A stretch of DNA of 55,350 bases. Origin: a virus. The stretch is from IMG/VR virus record IMGVR_UViG_3300025009_000017; one strand, given 5' to 3'. The notes under the pieces are model-generated. The model made no database searches. It saw nothing but the letters and a program-made list of their open reading frames with translations, and had not been told where the DNA came from. Each line of letters starts with the position of its first letter. Within the stretch, counting starts at the first letter, position 1. Both the position numbers and the translations under genes were made by a program. This document shows positions 32,896 through 41,293 of this stretch, one piece after another.

Positions 32896-32941
32896 AGACA
32901 AAAAAACGGCTCCTGACCTGTTTTTTACAGGCTGGAGCCGT
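32896..32941 (-). terminator. Rho-independent terminator
   Basis: On the minus strand, ACGGCTCCAGCCTG-TAAAAAA-CAGGTCAGGAGCCGT is followed by TTTTTTTG, just after the stop of 32960..33331. Confidence 0.85.
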
Positions 32942-32959
32942 AAAGATCTTTGAAACAAT

Positions 32960-33331
32960 TCAGTCGGATGCGTTAAAAATTCCCCCCCTGATTCCTCGCT
33001 TAACGCTGAATTCACTACTCTTACTGGCTTTTTTGGCTTCTTTCTCCTCGCTTTCTTTTTGTTTGCGCTTTCTGTCGGCCTCGGCTATTTCACGCTTGAC
33101 GACAATGTCCCGCTGAATGAGATCTTCTTTCGCGCATTCCACACAACTGAAAAAACCAAACAGTGTGGGTGTCGCCATAATTCCGTGTTTACTGCACTTC
33201 GCATCAGGTTCCTCCGAAAGAAACAATCCGTTTTGAATAAAATGCCTGGCGATGAGCTCCCGTACCTGCCGGTAGTTTGGATCGTTTTTTCGAGGAACCT
33301 TCACGGCACTGTTAAAGTTTAAGCGCTTCAC
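32960..33331 (-). CDS. Hypothetical protein with a Cys cluster and a Lys/Glu-rich tail (123 aa)
   Basis: GTG start follows CCGGAGGTGAAGC. Lies in the AT-rich module. Confidence 0.6.
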   Translation of the reverse strand: MKRLNFNSAVKVPRKNDPNYRQVRELIARHFIQNGLFLSEEPDAKCSKHGIMATPTLFGFFSCVECAKEDLIQRDIVVKREIAEADRKRKQKESEEKEAKKASKSSEFSVKRGIRGGIFNASD

Positions 33332-34157
33332 GCTTCACCTCCGGCCATATTTTATCTTCCCAGGTCTTTTGCAGCACTGCTGTGTTCAACAGCAGACTTT
33401 TCCAATACGCCACCGCATCGTTTGGATCCTTCTCTACGTTCAGCATTGCGTCAATGGCTCCGGCTATGGCCTGAAGATTAAAGTTTTCCCGGATGGCCTG
33501 CTGAGCGAACTTGTAAATATTAAACTTCGGGTAGCGATCCCTGATATCTTTCACGCTCGCCAGGATATAAACCGCGGTGTAGGTGTACTCCTCGTCTTCA
33601 TTTCCGGTTTTTAATAAAGGCATGGCCTTTAAATCGGCGAGCATCCTTTCCCGTTTCCCGTTCTTGAAATTCTGGTCGATCACTGTCTCTAAAAAAACCG
33701 GCGCAGCCGGAATATGTTTACCTTCACTTACCTTCCCTTCACTTCCCTTACCTTCCCTTATCTTAGGGCTGTAAAATTCAGTTTTAGAGCATTTCAAATG
33801 CTGTAAAGGCGGGGGATAACTTTCAACTCTTTCTCTTTCAAATATTTGGTGATCGTCAAAAGCCACTATTTGAAGGTATTTTTGGCCTTCAACTTCATAA
33901 ATCTCGATCAAAAACCCTGTGGATAACTCGGACAAACAGGCTTCGATTTCCTTAAATGACCAGTCGAGTCCAGGAACAGCTGTCATTTTTATGGATGAAG
34001 GTTCAGCTTCCATTCTGCCAAAATCGTCAGAGTGGGGATACATCATAAAATACAACAGTCTTGCTTTATCTGATATGGCGGAGCTGTTGAATTTCTTCGA
34101 CGTGCTTAATGATCCGTAGATCATTTTACGTTTACCAGTCTTTTTATATTTCTTCAT
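33312..34157 (-). CDS. Replisome-organizer / DnaD-like replication initiation protein candidate (281 aa)
   Basis: The N-terminal SDKARLLYFMMYPHSDDFGRME...LSELSTGFLIEIYEVEGQKYLQI resembles the winged-helix N-domain of phage replisome organizers. It sits next to an iteron-like array. The start is uncertain (M1 or M12). Confidence 0.4.
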   Translation of the reverse strand: MKKYKKTGKRKMIYGSLSTSKKFNSSAISDKARLLYFMMYPHSDDFGRMEAEPSSIKMTAVPGLDWSFKEIEACLSELSTGFLIEIYEVEGQKYLQIVAFDDHQIFERERVESYPPPLQHLKCSKTEFYSPKIREGKGSEGKVSEGKHIPAAPVFLETVIDQNFKNGKRERMLADLKAMPLLKTGNEDEEYTYTAVYILASVKDIRDRYPKFNIYKFAQQAIRENFNLQAIAGAIDAMLNVEKDPNDAVAYWKSLLLNTAVLQKTWEDKIWPEVKREALKL

Positions 34158-34560
34158 TGTTGCACCAGAAATTACGGATAAACACTTTAGGATTATTGTG
34201 TTTCATTTGGTTATAAAGAAACAGTTTAAGTATAAATTCTTCGTTAGTTAATCTATACCCTTTCCTCGCGTTACACCACATGCAAAGAGATTGTAGATTC
34301 TTCGGAACACTTGTACCGCCCTTTGATTTTGGCACAATGTGATCTATCTGAATTCTGTCCTTGTTTCCACAAATAGCACAAGGCTGATTCCATAATTTTT
34401 GCCGGAGATCGCCTGGAATTGTTTTTACTGGGTTAAACTTTCTCATATCGTTGTCCTTTAAAACAATAGAACCCCCTACTCTTACCTGTTCTTGCGGGAA
34501 CCACCAACCCCGGAGGATGCTGGTGTGGTAATTTCGGGGGTCTATGTAAATTTTAGGCAT
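34144..34560 (-). CDS. HNH endonuclease (138 aa)
   Basis: CAICGNKDRIQIDHIVPKSKGGTSVPKNLQSLCMWCNARKG is a classical HNH motif. Confidence 0.8.
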   Translation of the reverse strand: MPKIYIDPRNYHTSILRGWWFPQEQVRVGGSIVLKDNDMRKFNPVKTIPGDLRQKLWNQPCAICGNKDRIQIDHIVPKSKGGTSVPKNLQSLCMWCNARKGYRLTNEEFILKLFLYNQMKHNNPKVFIRNFWCNNEEI

Positions 34561-34602
34561 AAAAAAACTCCGGTTAAAGTTAATGGTTCCCGCAACGACC
34601 TG

Positions 34603-34631
34603 ATTATAACTCCACGTCTCCCGAATGTCAA
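34603..34631 (-). promoter_or_regulatory. Consensus sigma70 promoter for the HNH/replication operon
   Basis: On the minus strand: TTGACA, a 17-nt spacer, TATAAT. On the plus strand these appear as ATTATA at 34603-34608 and TGTCAA at 34626-34631. Confidence 0.85.
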
Positions 34632-34649
34632 GTCCTTTTTTAAACTATT

Positions 34650-34727
34650 TTCCGGCTATTTCACCGGCTTTTCACCCGGGTCCCGGCTCTCCCGGTGTTT
34701 CCCGGTTAATCCCGGCGTTTCCCGGCC
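34650..34727. repeat. Iteron-like array: eight (T)TTCCCGG-type repeats at 7-12 nt spacing
   Basis: CCGG cores start at 34652, 34664, 34676, 34683, 34692, 34702, 34712 and 34722. The last four are exactly 10 nt apart, each preceded by TTTC/TC. Confidence 0.7.
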
Positions 34728-34745
34728 ATGCTCAGGGTCAGTTTT

Positions 34746-34790
34746 GAAGACAAAAAGAACCGGACCGCCTCCGGGTGGAAGCAGTCCGGT
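34746..34790 (-). terminator. Rho-independent terminator ending the long early unit
   Basis: On the minus strand, ACCGGAC, an 18-nt loop and GTCCGGT are followed by TCTTTTTGTCTTC, 35 nt after the stop at 34825. Confidence 0.7.
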
Positions 34791-34824
34791 CTGGTTTCTT
34801 ATAGTCCGGCGGCGTTGCAAAGGG

Positions 34825-35463
34825 TTAGGTGTGGCTCTCCAGTTCCTCCAGCGGTTTTACCTCGGACAGCACTGGCCGGTTCAGCACTGCCTGGATATCC
34901 TTTGAAAGTTGTTCCTTGGTTTTCTTGTAAAGCTCGTTGTCGGGATGGGCCTTCAGAAGCTCCTCGGCGGTCTGCATGGAGTCGAGAAGTATTCCCAGGC
35001 GCTTCGGTTCCTCCAGGTTGTTCACCAGCGACTTCATCTGGTCTGCAAAACCGGAGAGCTGTGGCGTTCCGGCAACTGTGTCGTCTCCTCCGGTAAAGAT
35101 ACCGCCATGCTGACGGATCCTCGGCACTGTGATCCGATACCTTCTTGCACGGCGACCGAAACCGATTGGATTGCTTCTCATGGTGTCATCAAAGTCCTCC
35201 TCGTCATCGCCAAGCACCTCTGCCACCGGGTTTTCGTTCTCTGCCTGGATCATGAAGACGGCCGGCTCGATTACATCCTGCACCATCCTCCACCCTCCAA
35301 TCATCTTTTTGTTCATCACCTTCAGGTACATCAGGGCTTCTTGCTCGTCCTTTTCTTCCATCAGGGCCCTGACCTTCTCGGCGGTCTCGTGAACCGCCTG
35401 CTCGTAAACGCCGATGGCGAACTTCACGATTTCTTTTGCTTTGAGTTTCTGGAGCTCGTCCAT
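34825..35463 (-). CDS. Hypothetical protein (212 aa)
   Basis: TAATG overlap with the upstream gene. Confidence 0.65.
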   Translation of the reverse strand: MDELQKLKAKEIVKFAIGVYEQAVHETAEKVRALMEEKDEQEALMYLKVMNKKMIGGWRMVQDVIEPAVFMIQAENENPVAEVLGDDEEDFDDTMRSNPIGFGRRARRYRITVPRIRQHGGIFTGGDDTVAGTPQLSGFADQMKSLVNNLEEPKRLGILLDSMQTAEELLKAHPDNELYKKTKEQLSKDIQAVLNRPVLSEVKPLEELESHT

Positions 35464-35801
35464 TAAATCACCCTTTCATATCTGTCAACGTATCCGGTTA
35501 TTAAAGAGCAGCACTGCTCGATCACGATCTTCATCACCAGGATCTTCTCCGGAGGGAGCAGGCTGGGAAAGTCCACGCAGTAGGTTCGCTTCCCCTCCCG
35601 GTCCTTGCTGTAGACCCTGGCGACTTGATGTTTCTGCATGGCATCGTCTGTGGCCAGGTAGAACAGCTCGCCATTTGAACCCATCACCCGGATCATGCCG
35701 TATTCCTTGAAGTCCGCAGCGAAGTCCGCAGCCTGCTTCTGGTCCAGGTGAGCGAACAGTAGTTCCTCAGCCTTTTGCAGCGGTGTTTTATTTTCCTCCA
35801 T
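35463..35801 (-). CDS. Hypothetical protein (112 aa)
   Basis: Lies within the minus-strand gene train. Confidence 0.6.
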   Translation of the reverse strand: MEENKTPLQKAEELLFAHLDQKQAADFAADFKEYGMIRVMGSNGELFYLATDDAMQKHQVARVYSKDREGKRTYCVDFPSLLPPEKILVMKIVIEQCCSLITGYVDRYERVI

Positions 35802-36273
35802 CCAGCTTCTCCGCCATTGTCTCTGAGGCTGAGATGGCCTCGCCGCAACCCCGGGCTCCGGCCTCGACGTGCCAGATCTCCTTGATGCTGTCCACTGAGA
35901 CCTGTTCCAGCTTTTTGCTCTTGGCGGCTTTGATGGCGGTGGAGCCGTCCTTGCGGAACTCGATGAAGAAGCTCGCTCCGTTCTTCACCTTGTGCGCCTG
36001 CAGTTCCATGAAGCGGGACATCATCGTGGCCAGGGCCTCGCTCGGGCCGGTGAACACCAGCACCCCTTTCTTCTTGTCGCCGAAGCGGGAGATCTTGTCC
36101 ACCAGGGTTGGCGTGGTGGCTTCCTGGGCGAAGGCGTTCAGCATCTCGACTTCGCTGTCGGTCGGCTTGGAATACATCACCACGATGCGGTCCTGGGCAT
36201 CCTTTCCGATCTTCTTGCCCGACACCAGCTCCACCGACACGTCTCCCCGTTGGTCCAGTTTCCGGTATTTCAT
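35788..36273 (-). CDS. Hypothetical protein (161 aa)
   Basis: Lies within the minus-strand gene train. Confidence 0.65.
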   Translation of the reverse strand: MKYRKLDQRGDVSVELVSGKKIGKDAQDRIVVMYSKPTDSEVEMLNAFAQEATTPTLVDKISRFGDKKKGVLVFTGPSEALATMMSRFMELQAHKVKNGASFFIEFRKDGSTAIKAAKSKKLEQVSVDSIKEIWHVEAGARGCGEAISASETMAEKLDGGK

Positions 36274-36300
36274 GCTCCTCCTTTTGATTTGAGTTGATAT

Positions 36301-36573
36301 TTAATTATTCCGTTCTCTCCATTCATTGCAAACAAAACTCATCCTGATGTCCGTGGCTTCGCTGGCGCTGCAGCCCAGGACCGCGCACTTATGGTAGTCC
36401 TTGTTACAGCTGACTTTCAGGTGGTTCCCGCAGGTCTTGCAGCGCTTCACGGCCCCGGGCTCGGCCCTTCTGTATTTCATCTGGAGTTTCTTCTGGCCGT
36501 AGGGTCCCCTGGTGCTGTACTCAGCTTTCTTTAAAGGCCGGCCGAACAGGTCGACAGGAATCTCCTTGCTCAT
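36301..36573 (-). CDS. Cys-rich basic protein (90 aa)
   Basis: CKTCGNH...C...C..C pattern. ATGA overlap with the upstream gene. Confidence 0.6.
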   Translation of the reverse strand: MSKEIPVDLFGRPLKKAEYSTRGPYGQKKLQMKYRRAEPGAVKRCKTCGNHLKVSCNKDYHKCAVLGCSASEATDIRMSFVCNEWRERNN

Positions 36574-36848
36574 GGCCGGTATCTCTTTCTGACCTCGTCG
36601 TCATCCACCACCACCAGGCGAAGGGCATTGTTGGCCGAGATCTTGTCCCCGTACTTGGCGATGTCGGCCGGGGTCCAGGCCGGCCTGCCGCAGTAAACCG
36701 CCCAGTCGTGGGCTCCGCCCAGGACGACGGCATACCGGAGAACCTGGCCGGTGTTGTTGATGTTCACGTCCTCCGGGCAGTCCAGGAAGATGCCGTTCTG
36801 CAGTATCGTCCCGGGCCGCTCCGTGTCCAGCATCCTTACAGTTAGCAT
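36570..36848 (-). CDS. Hypothetical protein (92 aa)
   Basis: ATG follows ACAGAAAGGAGACC. The track ORF 36570..37178 is an extension. Confidence 0.6.
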   Translation of the reverse strand: MLTVRMLDTERPGTILQNGIFLDCPEDVNINNTGQVLRYAVVLGGAHDWAVYCGRPAWTPADIAKYGDKISANNALRLVVVDDDEVRKRYRP

Positions 36849-36867
36849 GGTCTCCTTTCTGTTTTTG

Positions 36868-37476
36868 TTAAAATGACATTTCTTCGTTATCGTCTGAATT
36901 TCGTGGAGCGTCCTGAACATTCGGCATGACAATTCTCCTGATGCCGTCGTTCTCTGGTTCTGGTGCAGGTGGCGCAGGTTGAGGCGGTGGTTCAATGCCT
37001 GAGTCACGCAAAGAACCCACGAAAATATTCCCTCCTTCATCCCTCGCCACTCTTTCCCGTATCGACTGCTCCAGCTCAAACAGCATTTGTCTGATCGTTC
37101 CGATGATCTTGCCTTTTGTGATTGGCAAGGATAGAAAGGCTTCAAAGTTGTCATTTCTCGCCGTAGACGGCAGCTCATGCTCCACAGGAAAACGAGTTCT
37201 CTGGTTGAATCTGCTCATGCTGATATTGTTGTCTTCAAAGCAATCCAGCATTATGTGAATAGGTTCGTACGCATTTCTCATGAGGTCCCGGCGAAGCAGG
37301 ACCGGCGACTCCCGGTGAATATGCTTTACCAATTCTTCTTCTGGTGAAATCCCTTGCAGTGAAAGCATTCTCACGAGCGGGGTATCGTTCAGGTGTTCGA
37401 TAATTGCTTCCGAAGAAAAAAACACATTACTGTATTCAGTATGGTAAAAAACAATGCGGAGCTGATAGTATCTCAT
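36868..37476 (-). CDS. Hypothetical protein ending with the shared NDGIRRIVMP motif (202 aa)
   Basis: ATGA overlap with 37473..38108. The motif is encoded at 36922-36948. Confidence 0.65.
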   Translation of the reverse strand: MRYYQLRIVFYHTEYSNVFFSSEAIIEHLNDTPLVRMLSLQGISPEEELVKHIHRESPVLLRRDLMRNAYEPIHIMLDCFEDNNISMSRFNQRTRFPVEHELPSTARNDNFEAFLSLPITKGKIIGTIRQMLFELEQSIRERVARDEGGNIFVGSLRDSGIEPPPQPAPPAPEPENDGIRRIVMPNVQDAPRNSDDNEEMSF

Positions 37477-38108
37477 GGTCCACCTCCAGGTGGAGTTGAC
37501 CAAAAGAGGTTCTCCGGCCTCGTGGCTGCTCCGGTGTAGTTCATAAAGTTCTCCCAGTCTTCATTGCTGTTATAAACCACGAAGATGTAATGTTCGTTCC
37601 AGTTTTTTAGCCTACCCCTCTGGTGCATACCTTCATTCCTGAGTTCTCTGTACTCCACCCAGCGACCGACGTCTGATCTTTGCAGGTTCTCAATTCGGAT
37701 ATGCTCCTCCTCCCTGGCCGGCATCTCGATCCGCCTGACGCCATCGTTGTCGGGCATTGTCCGAAAGTTCAGTTCATCGTCGATCACCCGGGTGGCGTGC
37801 CTCATCTCGTCCCTTCGCATTGCATTGGTAGCGTCGTTCTCATCCGGGAAACACCGCGTATACTTTCCGCAGACTACACCCAGGCACCGCATGGCGTTGA
37901 TGTCGAACTGGGTCACTCCACTGTTGAGGTGCGGTATCAGCTCAGGGCACAGCATGACGCCTTTGGCAATGGCCTCCTTGACGATGTCCTGAAGGGTTAC
38001 CGGCGTGGATTCTGGCATAGGGACTAAGACGATGTCCTGAAGGGTTACCGGCGTGGATTCTGGCATAGGGACTAAATGAACCGAGCCCATATTATTCATT
38101 CTCGCCAT
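37473..38108 (-). CDS. Hypothetical protein with an internal 16-aa tandem duplication and the shared DGVRRIEMP motif (211 aa)
   Basis: ATG follows GGAGGAGGAAAGA. LVPMPESTPVTLQDIV occurs twice. The motif is encoded at 37729-37755. Confidence 0.65.
   Translation of the reverse strand: MARMNNMGSVHLVPMPESTPVTLQDIVLVPMPESTPVTLQDIVKEAIAKGVMLCPELIPHLNSGVTQFDINAMRCLGVVCGKYTRCFPDENDATNAMRRDEMRHATRVIDDELNFRTMPDNDGVRRIEMPAREEEHIRIENLQRSDVGRWVEYRELRNEGMHQRGRLKNWNEHYIFVVYNSNEDWENFMNYTGAATRPENLFWSTPPGGGP
37981..38076. repeat. 48-bp tandem duplication (2 copies, 47/48 identical)
   Basis: 37981-38028 versus 38029-38076, read directly. In frame within the CDS. Confidence 0.95.
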
Positions 38109-38502
38109 TCTTTCCTCCTCCTCTCTTTCTCTTCGTGAGCGTGCTATCACTTCGAGCAGTCTTGAGTGCTCTCCACTTTCTGCATCTGCCTCGATTTGCG
38201 CCTAATTGAAGATCCTCTGGTGTTCCTCCTCCTGACTTCTCAATGCTGCTGCCTCCAGCCTTCGTTCCGCTGCTGCGTAAGGGCTCCTTCCGTTGGTTCC
38301 AACTCTCCGGGATAGCTAGTCGGGGTTGCGGTTTTGCAGCCATTGACCCAATAGCCTTTCTCCACTTTCTCGTTCGGCACCTGTTCGAGCAGGAGAGTTG
38401 ATCCGGGTTTGCGCTTGATGAAACCGCTCCACAGCCCGGACAAATAAATTGTTTAAGCTGGCCATATTTTCTCGGCTTAATTTTTCTTTTGCTTTTTGGC
38501 AT
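38092..38502 (-). CDS. Basic zinc-ribbon protein (136 aa)
   Basis: ATG at 38502 follows CCGGAGGTGATTGAGT. Contains CPGCG...CSNRC and is very Lys/Arg-rich. Confidence 0.55.
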   Translation of the reverse strand: MPKSKRKIKPRKYGQLKQFICPGCGAVSSSANPDQLSCSNRCRTRKWRKAIGSMAAKPQPRLAIPESWNQRKEPLRSSGTKAGGSSIEKSGGGTPEDLQLGANRGRCRKWRALKTARSDSTLTKRKRGGGKNGENE

Positions 38503-38806
38503 ACTCAATCACCTCCGGAAAATAAGTGTCCAGGTCAACCTTCCCGCAGCGGTCGGCCCAGTGGAGCATGTGCTTCTCGATGTCGGCCTCGGTGGGAAAC
38601 TTCTTGTCCAGCAGGTAGATCTCCTCTGTTACGGACTTCCACAGGTAGACCTCTCCGGTGGCGGTGATCCAGGTGATCCTGAAGGTGTCCCAGTGGGAAT
38701 GCCCCAGCGCCTTGGACCTCCACCAGACCCCGAAGTCGTATTCTCCGGATGTCCTCCTGGCCGGATTGTCGTCGTAGAACTCGTCAATGTTCCGGTATTT
38801 TCTCAT
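38477..38806 (-). CDS. Hypothetical protein (109 aa)
   Basis: Lies within the minus-strand gene train. Confidence 0.65.
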   Translation of the reverse strand: MRKYRNIDEFYDDNPARRTSGEYDFGVWWRSKALGHSHWDTFRITWITATGEVYLWKSVTEEIYLLDKKFPTEADIEKHMLHWADRCGKVDLDTYFPEVIEYAKKQKKN

Positions 38807-39222
38807 TCGGCCTCCCTTTCTTCTTTTGGTTTCATTTCAATTACCCTGACCTTGTCCTCCGCCTTTGGCACTCGTTTCCTCTGATCCGTCCAGGTCTTTG
38901 CCACCAGGACCCTTTTGGCTGGTGCACAAGTTAAAACGAGAATAAGCCTCTTTCCGGGGTCTTCTCCCAACGAAAGGAATGGACAGAGAAGATTGCATAA
39001 TGCAGCGTCCTCACTACCCTGTGGGCACACCATGGCCGACCCTCTCACATCCTGTCTGGCATCTACCAGGTCTTCTTCCCTTTTGAAGAACATCGTCTGG
39101 TGTGATGTAACCGTGATATCCTCGACCACTTCCCATGAGCTTCCTTCTGTCACAGCATCAGATAAACTATTCTTATCTATGATGCGATCTATGGCAATTT
39201 TGTCAACGTTCCATTTCTTCAT
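38803..39222 (-). CDS. Hypothetical protein (139 aa)
   Basis: ATGA overlap with the upstream gene. The track ORF is extended to 39342. Confidence 0.6.
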   Translation of the reverse strand: MKKWNVDKIAIDRIIDKNSLSDAVTEGSSWEVVEDITVTSHQTMFFKREEDLVDARQDVRGSAMVCPQGSEDAALCNLLCPFLSLGEDPGKRLILVLTCAPAKRVLVAKTWTDQRKRVPKAEDKVRVIEMKPKEEREAE

Positions 39223-39515
39223 GTTGCCCCCATCTGTCTCGCGAAGACGTGCAGGCCGCCCCGCTCCGACTTCTGCCACCACATTGTCATTGCCATGCTG
39301 TTCATCTCTATGGCGGCTATCACGGCCTCGTTGTACGACCACCCTCCGGTGGCCAGGGTAAGGACACCCTTCTCCCGGTCGTATTCATACCGACCGTAGT
39401 CCTGGTCGAAGTAATCCTCAATGATGACGGCAAAGTCTTCGAAGTTCTCCTTCCCGTCCTGCAGTGGTTCAAACTTAGAGATCGGAGAGTAGTCAATGTG
39501 ATCTCGTAGACCCAT
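39219..39515 (-). CDS. Hypothetical protein (98 aa)
   Basis: ATG follows ACAGGAGGAGATT. Confidence 0.6.
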   Translation of the reverse strand: MGLRDHIDYSPISKFEPLQDGKENFEDFAVIIEDYFDQDYGRYEYDREKGVLTLATGGWSYNEAVIAAIEMNSMAMTMWWQKSERGGLHVFARQMGAT

Positions 39516-39645
39516 AATCTCCTCCTGTAATTTTATCGGTGATTTTAATACCATTCTCAGAATTGGCCCCAGAATCGCACAGATGCCCCAGGTTGATTTC
39601 GGCGTCCAGGTGGGCCGCTTTTGTCCGGATGCTTCCCTGTGACGC

Positions 39646-39972
39646 CTATTCTTTGGTTTTCTGGGGTGTTTTGCAGGCTATCTCGGGAAATTCCGGGAAA
39701 ATGTCCTCAACCTTCTTTTTTGACCACTTCCAACCTGCCATCAGGCCGACCGCCTTCTCGGGGGTCTCGGACTTGGTATCCATCAGGTAAATCCGAAGGG
39801 AGTTCAGGTCCTGGACGATCCACTCGCCTGACTCCTCCAGCCAGCAGATCTCGAACACCGACATCTTCATGGAGGACGACCTGAAGTTCGGGAAAATCAT
39901 CTGGGCTCCGCACCTGGAGATGTTCCCTTTCTGGAAGGCGCTCCGGTTCTCGAAGATGTTAGAAACCCGCAT
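39646..39972 (-). CDS. Hypothetical protein (108 aa)
   Basis: GGAGGAGGGCA precedes the ATG. Confidence 0.6.
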   Translation of the reverse strand: MRVSNIFENRSAFQKGNISRCGAQMIFPNFRSSSMKMSVFEICWLEESGEWIVQDLNSLRIYLMDTKSETPEKAVGLMAGWKWSKKKVEDIFPEFPEIACKTPQKTKE

Positions 39973-40516
39973 TGCCCTCCTCCAGCTTCTTCTTCAGCTC
40001 GGTGATGACCTCCAGCAACCCCTGGCGAACTTCCTGCGGCATATCCTCCAGGGCCTTCGAGTCAAGCTGCCGGATCTCCTCTCCTGTCGGCATCTTCATT
40101 CCGACTGGGAGACCTCCGGAGAACGGGTTTGAAATGGCGCTCATCGCTTTGCCGAAGATGGCGATGTTGTAGATGATCTCGTAGGGCAGGTGTTCGGTCA
40201 GCACCATCTTGTGCTTCCGGTCCAGCAGGTCGAAGGCAATCCTCATGGAAAGAACGCTGTTCTTCTTTGATGACCCGTACTTCACGGCCGACTTCACCAG
40301 GGCATCCACAGCGTTGCTCAGGTCGCCTTCGATCTCCGGCAGGAACTCCCTGGTCTTGATCCTCACGTCTTTCTTGTCGCCCCGCAGGATCTTCTCCCGG
40401 GCTTCCAGGTATTCGTCCAGGTCGTCGATCTGGGCCTTGAAAAGTATCTCCATGTCGATGGGCTTGGTGGGATCGAACATCGGGGTATGGCCTTGCTTGC
40501 TGTCGTTCTCCGGCAT
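39959..40516 (-). CDS. Hypothetical helical protein (185 aa)
   Basis: TAATG overlap with the upstream gene. Confidence 0.65.
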   Translation of the reverse strand: MPENDSKQGHTPMFDPTKPIDMEILFKAQIDDLDEYLEAREKILRGDKKDVRIKTREFLPEIEGDLSNAVDALVKSAVKYGSSKKNSVLSMRIAFDLLDRKHKMVLTEHLPYEIIYNIAIFGKAMSAISNPFSGGLPVGMKMPTGEEIRQLDSKALEDMPQEVRQGLLEVITELKKKLEEGNAGF

Positions 40517-41292
40517 TATTTTACCTCTCTTGTTATTGTTCTTATTCCGTCGTTATTGGTTCTCTGGATCTCCGGTTTGCCGGCAAGTCCGCAATAGCCA
40601 ACCTCACCATCAAATATGCGCCATGCAGCGCAGATTTCACCAAGACATCCCAGCACTGACGGCATAGCATGAATACACCTGAGGTGACTGGAACTGTCCA
40701 TCAGGCCGCCTTTGAGAGTATTCTTGCTTCTGGTTCTGGCTATACCTACGGCATTTCTCTCTGCGGCCATCTCATGAAGATCTTCTCTCGGTATTACTAC
40801 AACACGAGGGTTTGGAGGAACGGCGAGGACCCTTGCTGGGTTCGGCCTTACTCGTGCACTTAGTGGGGTTGGCCTAACTCCTGGCAGGTCTGTTCGTGGT
40901 GCAGTGAAAACGAATACGCTTCCACTGCAAAACAATCTTTCTGCCCGCTGCTCGGCTCTGCGTACATCAAGTCCAATTCCTGCACGCAGTCCATTTATGT
41001 CGAACCCTTGCCTCGGTAGCTTTATCTCTATACCTCTTTTCAACAATCCACAGGACACAGCGTTCAAAGACGAGTTACTGATTATAGCTCTTTGTCTTCT
41101 CAGTAGCTCCAGCCGATGCCATAAAACATACATCTTTAATGGACTCGTCAGACGCTGGAGCCTCCGTAACATCAAAGCGTGGTCCATCTGGACTATCCGG
41201 GTATCCTCGTAAGTGATCACCTCATCGGTGACCATTGGGAAAAGGTCGGTTACGTTCCTGAAGCTCTGCGCTACTGTTGCTCTTGGCGGCAT
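40516..41292 (-). CDS. Hypothetical protein ending with NNDGIRTITREVK (258 aa)
   Basis: The shared motif variant is encoded at 40531-40551, at the extreme C-terminus. Confidence 0.65.
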   Translation of the reverse strand: MPPRATVAQSFRNVTDLFPMVTDEVITYEDTRIVQMDHALMLRRLQRLTSPLKMYVLWHRLELLRRQRAIISNSSLNAVSCGLLKRGIEIKLPRQGFDINGLRAGIGLDVRRAEQRAERLFCSGSVFVFTAPRTDLPGVRPTPLSARVRPNPARVLAVPPNPRVVVIPREDLHEMAAERNAVGIARTRSKNTLKGGLMDSSSHLRCIHAMPSVLGCLGEICAAWRIFDGEVGYCGLAGKPEIQRTNNDGIRTITREVK

Positions 41293-41293
41293 T

